Assembly (NCBI GenBank): GCA_965637545.1
Contig: OZ281494.1
Span: 4,650,001 to 4,714,000, forward strand
From: Phallusia mammillata
Lineage: Eukaryota
Length of the DNA: 64,000 bases
Direction of reading: 5' to 3'
This document shows positions 25,101 to 35,700 of the stretch, in pieces (within the stretch, counting starts at the first letter, position 1; each line of letters begins with the position of its first letter). Made by a program: the position numbers and the translations under genes. The notes under the pieces are model-generated. The model saw only the letters and a program-made list of their open reading frames with translations. It was not told the origin of the DNA and ran no database searches.

Positions 25101-28100
25101 ACCTAATGGAGTCAGGAAAGGTAAAAATGGGAAATGAATTTACTGTTTGAATGGACCGTTGTTCCACGCCCAAATTGGGGGCAAAACAGCAGGCAGTTAA
25201 AAATGTTAAAATTAAAAAGTCATTGTGGAAAATTTTGCGGTCCCGAGTCATGGGCCAAAAAGTCCTAAACATTCTTGCATGTTTGTTTACTTTGAAGCAC
25301 CCATGATATTAAAATCTTATTGCTTTAGTTCTGGCCGACTCTCGACTATTAATATCTTTTCCTGTGGGAGTGTGATGTTACGGGTTTTGTTACATTGGAT
25401 ACCAAATAGCGATTGGATTCAGAAATTGCCAGCCTAAGTAACTGGATCTAAAACGTAAATTCTACATGACGTACTAACTTGCAGCATTTGAAAATTTCAA
25501 TATCTTCTCTGAAGGCAAGAATGTTTCACTCCAATACAGCCATACTTTTTTGAGATGTTTAACCAAACACGCTGCATAATAAGCTTCTGGCCAGACTATA
25601 TACCCTTTATGTGTAGGCAAAGCTCCTCATATCTTTTAGTCTGGTTTATACCAGGGTATTAAATTTTGTTTAATGTGATTCGAACATAGGATACCCACGA
25701 GAACTAGCCTTATTTATTTTATTATGATTTTAAATAAATCAGGCACTTCGGAACATGAGGCCAATTTATTTACCCACGTCAATAGTTGTGAGAAAAAAAC
25801 TGTTTCATTTTTTAGAATAAATGCGCGAAGTACTGGCCAGATTGCGCTGAAAGGTCAAACTTTGGTGACTTTGATGTTGAAACACGCCAAGAATATTACA
25901 TCGGTGGAATTATTAGAAGGGAAATGACTCTCTCGTGTGACAAGGTAAGTCGAATGTACACTAATTCTTATTCAAATAGAATCAATAAACAAGTGACAAA
26001 AATAGTTAGCTCAAACCGCAAGCAAACTTAAACTCAATACAACATAATACTGTCATGAGCTAAACAGAATTAGTTACAACTCATGTGTAAACCGTTTCGG
26101 CAAACAAAAATACATTGAAATGCAACTAAACTCTAATAAATATAACACGATTTCTCTCGCCATATTTGGCTGTTAGTTATTTGTTAACGGATGTGTCTTT
26201 GGGATCACCTTTAACCAAGCCAACTATACAAACACAAACAGTATATCTTCGGAAAATCTATCCACTTTGCGCCAAGACTTGTCGGCTATATTTACATTTT
26301 CGATGACGTCATACTGGGAAAAGCTTGTGACATGAATTACTTCCGTCATACGCGATGGAAGATAGCTAGTTTGATTTCTAAAACAAACTTAGAAACAAAC
26401 TTTCCAGACGCAAGGGACTGTCTTTGAAGGCAATGTGTCTAAGTAAAACAGTAGACATTGATATGAAACTAATATAAAAAGTTAATGAAGTGGCATATTG
26501 TCAAACAAGGAACAAGACATAATAACTGGAATATGAAAATACATTTTAACAAGAAGAATTCGTAAACTTCTAAACTCTTTTAAAGCTGATAAACAATAAA
26601 GACGTTTTACATCTTTACAAGAGCAAAATATTGTCACGTAGCTAATGAGGCATCATTAGCTAGTGACGCATTTAAAACACTTGCAAAATGACAGAAACAA
26701 TTTGGTCATGACTTCCTCTTAATTCCAGATGCACCGAACAATTCATCAACTACATTTCAAATCGTGGCCTGATCATGGCATTCCAGAAGTGACGTCAAAC
26801 ATGATGTATCTACGTCACATGGTTGAGGAACTAAAAGACGGAAACCCGATTGTTGTACACTGCAGGTCAGAGGCGTTTGTGTTGATTACGTTCTTTACAT
26901 TAAACTCAAACAATTTACCTTTAAAAGCTTATTTAGGAAATATACTGGCCAAAATAACCGTAAAAACAACACGCTTTGTTTATCAAACGTAGCAGAAAAC
27001 GTTCATGCCATTATTTCTAACTTTTCTCATGTAATATTTAAAGGAAAATTTCATGAACAACAGCTGGATTTCATACTTTCATGCTTTACAATTATGTCAC
27101 ACTCAGTCCATTTAAGGCCAAAATTTGCTAAACATGTCGAAATCGGCAATGAATTTGGACTTCATTGTATCATGACATGTTTTTACAGTTGCGATATTTC
27201 AAACTGTGTGTATTGTTTCAGTGCCGGAGCAGGTCGCACGGGCACCTACATTGCAATGGATGTTCTCATCAATGAGATGTCGGACACAAATCAAGTGAAT
27301 GTTATGCGAGCGACGATGAAAATGAGGGAAAATCGATCAGACATGATTCAAACTTTGGTAAGATTCTTTAGTATAAATTTTAACTGGACAATACAGATCT
27401 TTATTAAATAAAAAATTTTAGAATTATCAGCGTAACTTATTTTATTTCTTACAATTTTTATCAAAAAAGTTTTGTGATTGCGTGCGTCATTCCGATAGAA
27501 AAATCACAATCTGACCAATAGGGAGCAATGTTGTAAATGTCGACGATGGCCTTTAACTCACATAATCCTCCTTTACCTAGAAACAATACGTGTTTGTCCA
27601 TCGTCTCCTCGTTGAACATTATTACACACCAAACACCGACAGAAGTTTGGTCGAATTCCAGCAATATGAAAAGAAAAAATGGTAAGCACATTTGTTGCTT
27701 TGTTTTCGTAAGGTTCAAATTTGTGACGCTTTCTGTCGAAAAATTTTTTTTGGTTTTATGTTGGTCAAATGCTTAAAAAACATTCAAAAAGTGTTTTCTC
27801 CGCGGGAATCGAACCCTCGGTGCTCAATTGTATCACTTTTTGCTCGATTTTTATTGACTTTGAGCTTTGTACTTTAGACCGTTTGAGACATTTTTGTCCC
27901 CAAAGGAAGGGACACAAGCTCTACATTTTGTTTAATATTTTTATAAACATTTTGCGCTTATTTGAAAAGGAACTTTAATTAGGCCCAAATTTTGCTTCAT
28001 CGATATAAAATAAAAATTGTTTTCCTCATATTTTGTTCTGTTTCAGGGCAAGCACTATTAGGGATGAGTTTGTCCGACTTGAACTTCTTCAGTTAATCCA

Positions 28101-30620
28101 TAGACCTTCTCCTGATTTCAATCTTCAGGATATAGGCAAGTAGCAACACTAAGTAACTACCTCAAATGCCTTTTGGCACCTTTGTTTGTCAGGAGACAAA
28201 AGATCTGTTTTCATTGGTTATTTGCATTTTTTGTAGTATTGGCTTGTTGTATCCCATGTATTTGCAAATAATCACTATGTAAATTTGTGCTCACAGGTCA
28301 AGACCCAAGTCATGTTACTGTGGTTAATCCCACCACAAACGAAGAAGTTGGGGTTAATTCACACTACATTGAGGTAAAAAAGAAGCAAAGTTTGTTAATT
28401 ATAGTCGTTTCAAAGTACAGATTCCTCATAGCTCTTACTTATGCACAGTAATAAAATATGGACCATAGTCAAACTATTTTAACGAGGCTGCATCAATTAT
28501 TTTATCATAAAAATAAATAAAACATTTTCCAGGATCGAAGTTTTTCTCGTGTCTTTATCGCAAGTCAAGGACCTGATTACGACCCCGAACTTTTCTGGAC
28601 AATGGTAATCCAGTGCAACGCTCTTACTGTCTTCGAACTTGAAGAACCAGTGAGTTACTCTTTTTTATTTTATTTTTACCGTTTCCCTGATCTCATAAAA
28701 TTTCGTGGGACGGTTCTTTAGAACCGGTGCCAACCGGCTGAATCCCACCAATAATGCTGACATAACAACAATATTTTCAAGTCAAGTTCATCGTTTTTGT
28801 TTTTAAAACTTTTCGATTAGGTTGAACTTGTATCGTTTATCACCATAAGTTACAAAAGCATATAACCATTGTATGATAAAGCAGCTGCTGAGAGTGCTTA
28901 CTGTTTCGAATATAAGGTATCGTCAGTGCAGCTGTTGGCGAGACATTGGTCGTATAGGCTAGTTACGGCAGTGCAGTTTGTTGGAAGTAACAGGGTGTAA
29001 AGTCATAACAAACATGTTCAACTGTAATTATTTTTTCAGAGTAAAGTTAAAAAAGTTTCGTCACTATTCGAAAACGACCGCGTCATGTTTGGTGACGTAA
29101 GCATTGACGTCATGTCGATTCATTATCGCGAGGGATACACACTTCAGGAGCTTTATATTCAACTCGCAAGCGGATTGGCTGTAAGTAACAAATTCTATTT
29201 GACTGTGGCTAATAGCTAATTCTGAACGTTTTTCTCGCTGTAACCTTACATTTCACCCCAATTTTTTGACACAAAGGCACAAATAATTTTTTTCTTGCAT
29301 TTGTCGCATGTTTAGTTTTTTAGATTTCTTAGAGTTGTTTTTACTCCTAATTGAGCCCAACTGTTATAGAACATTCTTGTTTACCCATATGTTAGTTAAT
29401 GTGTGTTCACGTCTGTTAATGCATGATGAGTAAAAATATTGACTACGTTCACTTTCTTGCTCAATAAAAAAATTATATGCATGTTCCTTAAAGCCCTGTT
29501 TACGGATTTCGTACAACACAACACTTTATACCATTCACCGTACAACACAACACTTTATACCATTCACCTATAGAGATGCCGAATGGACAAATGCGTTAAG
29601 GTTTCCAAGTGTTTATGACGTTTGTGACTACTTGTGTGACCAAGTTCTTGTTGCTTAATTAAAAATTTTCTGACTTATATAGCGTGTTATATCATAACAT
29701 GACGTAACACCCTTTTTGTAAGTTACGGCGTCAAAATAAATATCCACGTGTTGGTTTAATTTGCAGCAACCTGTCATCGTCACCCATATTTGCGGGTTAA
29801 ACTGGAAAGAAGATCAGAATCCTCCCCAGCCTGCCACTTTACTTGATGCCATTGATTCCATTGACATCTTTATGCCAGAAAACCCACCAAGAAGACCGAA
29901 ATTACTGGTCCATTGCAGGTACAAGTTTGTAAATCAATGTTAACAACTATGTTCCATTTGAAAGTGTGTCGAAGGGGTTTTGTTTGCAAAACCTATCCTA
30001 CAAAGTCTTTACCTAAGTGATTACAAACCGATTGATATTAACACATAACTTACACACCGTTGTTAAATTAATTGGAGTTGGGTTGAGTTGATTGTTTTGA
30101 GAATATAACTGTTGTAGTCAATTTATCTGTTTTAATGCATTTTATTGCGCACAAACGATAAACTTGGATTATAATTATTTTAACAAGCCGTGTACGTAGG
30201 AACGGTTGCACTCGTTCTGGAATGTTGATTGTTCTCATCAATTGCATCGAGCGTCTTAGATCCCAGGAGCGCATCGATATTTTTCGGGCAGTTGAAGATC
30301 TACGCAGCCTGAAATCAAACATGGTCAACAGCCAGGTATTTAATATTATTGTGATATTAAAGGAGCCAAATGGAACATTAATGAAATGTGTAAACAGTTT
30401 TGGTTTATTTTCTCATCATTGTTTTTCAATCAACTTTCAACTTTTCAAAAGAATGTGCGAAAATAGAAATGTTAACACAAATTTTCATTCATCTATTTTA
30501 AAGTATGGGGCTTGCACTGACACTTTTTCAAAACTTTTTCAGATTATGTACAAGTACATTTACGACGTGATGAGGTTCTACGCATCAATTTTCAACAGCA
30601 CCTACGCCAACTTGAGTTAA
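19167..30620 (+). CDS. Receptor-type protein tyrosine phosphatase, ~1102 aa: signal peptide, C-type-lectin-like domain with insert, two FN3-like domains, TM, active D1, degenerate D2
   Basis: 30 phase-consistent exons: 19167-19224, 19448-19621, 20059-20188, 20316-20410, 20540-20704, 20921-21046, 21346-21449, 21753-21854, 22150-22341, 22422-22529, 22763-22841, 23053-23149 ([25 protein letters not shown]), 23295-23344, 23414-23466, 23541-23613, 23742-23851, 24258-24354 ([11 protein letters not shown]), 24621-24688 (DYINAS), 24986-25120 ([14 protein letters not shown]), 25816-25944 (KYWP), 26729-26865 (WPDHG), 27222-27357 ([11 protein letters not shown]), 27581-27681, 28047-28135, 28297-28373, 28533-28649, 29040-29180, 29767-29918, 30200-30335 (D2 [11 protein letters not shown]), 30543-30620. 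Total 3309 nt, one open frame. Confidence 0.92.
25967..25982 (-). other. Perfect (16/16) spliced-leader sequence, antisense to PTP intron 20
   Basis: Plus strand CTTATTCAAATAGAAT is the reverse complement of ATTCTATTTGAATAAG. Lies 22 nt after the exon-20 donor. Not followed by GT on its own strand. Confidence 0.75.
28674..28752. mobile_element. Terminal fragment of the 617-796 MITE family, opposite orientation
   Basis: TGATCTCATAAAATTTCGTGGGACGGTTCTTAGAACCGGTGCCAACCGGCTGAATCCCA closely matches the reverse complement of about 620-700. Confidence 0.8.
29510..29567. repeat. Exact 29-bp tandem duplication
   Basis: CGTACAACACAACACTTTATACCATTCAC twice, intronic. Confidence 0.9.
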
Positions 30621-32705
30621 GAAAGAAACAACGTTCATATTCATGGCGAATGTCTTGGGTTTTCTTCGCATCCAATAAGAGTCAAAATTATCTATTTCAA
30701 ATACATATTCAAAATGGGGAAAAGGACGAGCACCGTTATATGGACTGTGAACTCAACATCAGGACAACATATAGTCACGAAATTCAAGACCAAATCATTA
30801 TCAACAGACATAAAAGAATCCAGTTATAATATGAATCCAGTATGAAGAGAAATATTATGACATCTTTGTTTCCCTCATTCTCGTTGGATAGCAGCACTGT
30901 GAATCTGTGATATACAACAGCAATTTACTGTAACAATTTTCATCAACATATGCCCTGCACAAACATATGTAACGACAGAAACAATCTTTTATTCCATTAA
31001 TTTCAACAAACATCATGAAAGTGAACTACGGAAAAATGTAATATCACTTCATTTAACGTCGTCTCACTTGGCTAATAGTTTTGTGTTTTCAACCAACAGC
31101 CACTGTTTTCTTAACGTATAGCACTTATCACAAAACTGGCATAAGAAAGTCAGAGGTCTTATTACAGACAATGTTTCCAGTAATTTCTTTGCAAAATCTT
31201 ATTTTCAATCACATGCGTGTTGTGTTGTCACAAGGTGTTGCACAAAACACAAATTCGTCATCAATGAAAAAAAAAACTTTTATCAGTTTGTGCAGTAAAA
31301 TGTCAACGATTCATCTTTCCGATTCCGGTTCAAACCGGTTTAGAGGATCAAAAGGAGGTAGAAACCGGCCAAAACCAGATTAATGCTAGAATATTCCGGC
31401 GAAAACTCACACAAAACCGTATTTTTCTTCCAATTTTCGGGGCTCAAAAACTGAAAATTTGGAAAGGCCTTTGGGTTTTTCCAAAAGTCAGGTCTAAATT
31501 TTGTCTTTCTGATTCCGGTTTAAACGATTCCGGAAAGTGGAATGTTCGGACAAAAACCCACCCAAATATTTATTCGATTTTTCACTTCTCAATACCTAGA
31601 ACTTGTAAAAGACTATGGCTTTGTTTTTTTCGGTTGATTTATTTCCTTCTTTGATAATTTCCGCAGCTACGCAGCATTACTATGAACTGAAGTAATGAAC
31701 ATGGTTAGTTTTGCAAAAGCTAAAACAGATTTGTTATTTAACGAATCTCCGGCAGACAATGAAATGTAAAAAAGAAAAAATTCTTGCTTCTGATGAGTAG
31801 AATATTAGACTGTTTCATAAAAAAAACAGGGAAAAAGTATAAATCCTTCAAATAACAGATAAACATCGAGAATGACAAAATTATATTGTAAACCAATATT
31901 TTTCATATTGCACTGACGACGCAAATTGTGAAAAGTGGCAAGTTTGAAATGTGTAGGTTTACAGCGGAATAAAAAAAGTGAATTGATACATTAAAAAACA
32001 AATAATAGACTCAATTTTGTTTCATTATTACGTTGCGAAATTCCTGCAATTTTGAAATGGAGGCAATAGTTTTTTTTCGAATCATATGAAAGCAATATTT
32101 TTGAAGAATTTTGCAAAAATCAAACGTGAGCAACAGTGAATGATACAGTTTACCTTCAAAATAAAACTACAACTGATGTAAATAAGCATGAAAATCTTCA
32201 AAACAATAGTCTACATTTGTTTACGGTTACTCTGAAATTTTAAAGTAAAATTTATTTCCAAAGTTTCTTACACACTCACATGGCATGCGTGAGTTTAAAA
32301 GTATCTGTGCTTTAGGACAAAGTTTTATAGAAAGACACAACACAAACACGACAGTGGCATCAGCAAATTTAACATAAGCAAACGTTGCTACTTTCAGTAA
32401 CCAAAAAAGTTTAGATATCATTAATTTATATCAATAAATAATTACAGAAAATTATTATGTCAATGAATGTATTTTGCATTTCCCGGATATTTCTAAATAA
32501 GAAATGCTTTCTTTGAGGTCACAAACCGACGAAAAGTTGCTCATTTGTTGACAAACTTTTAAAGACACATAAAAGACATATATGAGAATAATAACAGTTT
32601 TGATAAAAATAAAACCAACTATGCAAACGAGTACATAGCAAAAACTAAAATAAATTAAAAATAAATCAGCCCATTTCCTGATGAACTCCGATGCCATCAA
32701 GCGGA

Positions 32706-35700
32706 TCACACAAGTTCCCACGATGGGTCGTCAGGTGATGAATCACGTGACTGTCTACCGCTCGAAACTGTGTCATTTTCCAGCTCGAAGTCGTCGCACA
32801 TCGCTTCCACCATCGGAGGGCGGTAGAGGTGTGTCACGTGAGCGCGAAGTTGGTGATGCGTGTCGAGTGCCAGCAGTTCGTCGTAAGGTGTCGCTGTAAG
32901 CAACATAATTGCGTCGTAAACAATTTCAACAGAAATCCAAGTGTATTGGACGCTAAGAAACTCCTGACTTATAAAGTTAGGTGGGTTGACCTTTAGTAAT
33001 GTACAGTGTTGATTGTCTTATGACTGAATCGCTGCAAATAACTTTTACGATTTTTCGTTACTTGTTTAATTACAGTACCAAAACATCTTTTAGCGATTCG
33101 CGACCTTGTTGAGGGGTTCACGACCTTGTTAAGGGGTTCACGACCTTGTTAAGGGGTTCACGACCTTGTTTAGGGGTGCCCGACCGGGGGTAGTGACAAA
33201 GAGTATTTGACTGTAAATATGTACGTTAAAATGTATGTACTGGCAGCCGTATATTAATTTAAACTCGTTTTCAAGATGTTTGACAGGACTGTATAGGTTT
33301 AAATAAAAATATAGTTTTATATGTTACAGGTCAGCTTGACCGAATTGCACAGTTGCTTGACGTTTTATTTCGAAATGGGTACATTGGCGCCCGATATTGA
33401 AAAAATCCATATTGTTAGGTTGGAAATCGCCATAAGGTTAGAAAAAGTTCAACACCTTTTACAAAAAAATGTGTATTTAGTGCAGCTCGATGCCAGTAGA
33501 ACCACAGCTTTACTTTATTAAATATGCAACCCGGTATACGAAACTTTATTGATTAACTGTAAACAGTTTTTACCCCACTAGGTTAGTTTGTCAGGAATAG
33601 AATTATTTCTGTGCTTTCATTTCAGCGCGTTTGCTTACCAGTGAAGCGTTCAAAATGTCCTGGTGCTTTTTTCCAGTAATCTCCCACACTGTCGTTACGC
33701 GTCATCCCGTATCTCCTTAGCAACGAGCCGTCGTGACGTAATGCCCACACCGAGTGGTTGCTGATGGAAAGTTGTTTGGCTGTACAACCTGGAACACGGA
33801 ATCAGTACGTGTGAATGTAAGATTGTAAGCAAATTTGCAAAATACAAAAAGTAAAAGTAATTTGATTAAAAAAGTAAAAGTATAAGTTCAAGATTCTAGG
33901 GCAAAGATTTAAATCATCTTGTGCATAAAATCTTCCTTTTTGGAGGAAACATATTTGAAATGATAAGGTAGAATTATTTTCACAGGCATTGTGATCACTA
34001 GAAAAATAACAAGTTGCACCACAGGGAACTTATTTGCACTTAGTTTCTGCAACATTTTTTTTTAAATTAGTTTGTTCAGGAAAAACATGATTGTAAATTT
34101 TACTTTTACAGTCGATTAATGAGACCAATATACTTAACAGCATCTGGTTAAGGAAATTAAAAAAAAGAAAAAAAAGGTTAAAGTAGCTTACAAAGTAGAG
34201 TAGTACTTAGTAGCGTAGTATTGTGAAACCATTCTTACCTTCGACCAACTTCCATCCCTCACCAACAAGCATATCCACCGTCACACCGATTCGAGCGTAA
34301 ATGTTTCCGTAATTATCCAAAGCCCACACGTTCAAGTCGGATGGGCCGCATGCGATCTGTGGATATAAAGGTTTGGTTGTAAAAACTAAACTTGTATAGA
34401 GTCCTGAATGAAAAGTTAAGGTACTTTAGGCTAAAGAATTCTAGTTAAATTGAAGAAACAAACCTTATTTTTCTATACGCCTAAATAATGTTTCAATGCA
34501 TCCAGGGATGTGCCAAAACTGCAAATGTTTTGTTTGGTCGAGCACCGATCATCTCACTTTAATGCTCGGTGCTCGGCCGAGCACGCTCGGTGCATTATGA
34601 CGTCACAAAAAAATCCCCTTTCTACGTTTTAGCTCTACAAGGCCTCTTACGTCACCGGCGGTGTTTTATTAAGCTGTGCCTGTCAATAAAATACGCGTTT
34701 TTCCACCATCTAGTCCATTTGAAAAATCATTCGTTTTTGTTCATAGACACCGTTTAGAACACTAGTTACGTATGTTAGCAGGGCATGAATATGCAAATTT
34801 AACGCTCGGGTCAGTTTGTGCAACTGCTCGGCCGAGCACCGAGCATTAAAAACAGCGATGCTCGGTACCGAGTACTCGGGTTCTGGCTCGGCTCGGCCCA
34901 TCCCTAAATGCATCTAAACAGTAGTTTGTTTTGGTCCAAATACTTGTTTTACGATTATCACTTGGTCAACTTATTAAGTCTATATGGCAGGAATGTAGGC
35001 AAAGCTCGGCCATTTACAAACCGAGTATAAGTCTAAAATGGTTCAGCGTTTTGTAAGGTACCTGAAGGTATATAGGCCCGGAAGGTAATAAGGCCCACTA
35101 CTCATATTTTTTGATATACAAGTAAAAATGTTTCCGTTTCGATATAATTTTTAGATTTATACGAACTTACAATGATTTGAAAAGTTTTGGACCTATAAGT
35201 TCAGTGTATTATTTGCTACCACCAATCCAAATTCAAAAGTGTTTGTTTGCAACTTTTTATTATTTTTAAAAAAATTTGGTTACAAAAATGGAAAGGTTTT
35301 GTTTTTTCGAAATGAAATCCTGTTAAGATATATCAGAAAGGGGTCATTTTAGCTTAATTTGAGCATCATCCAATCTGAAAAAAAGAATTACCTCAAATAA
35401 ATTTTATTATAGTTTTGTTTGTCAGTCATTGCTGGCAATAAGGCCCAACAAATTTTCGTCTTTTTCTATAGTGTTTTTTATGGCAGAGGCGACTGGTATG
35501 CAAAAAATTGCTTTTTTTCTTTATTAGGAATGAGAGTTTTAACAATAAGTTTTTGTTTAAGTTTTTGGAATCTGATCTTTCTTTTGGTGTTATTGGTGAT
35601 CTACTGTCAAGTGGTTGTTTATTCGTTGTTGTTAGTACCTTTAGATTAACAGTTATATGTCTTAAAGTTAATAACGATGCTTGGTTGAACTTGATTTGGA

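Noticed and set aside
27795-27830. tRNA gene from a B-box-like GGTTCGATTCCC on the minus strand
   Set aside because: No A box or cloverleaf; at most a SINE remnant.
30714-30845. 43-codon ORF just downstream of the PTP stop
   Set aside because: Probably within the 3' UTR, with no motif or splice support.
33101-33185. CRISPR-like array
   Set aside because: Head-to-tail 20-bp units with no spacers, in a eukaryotic intron.
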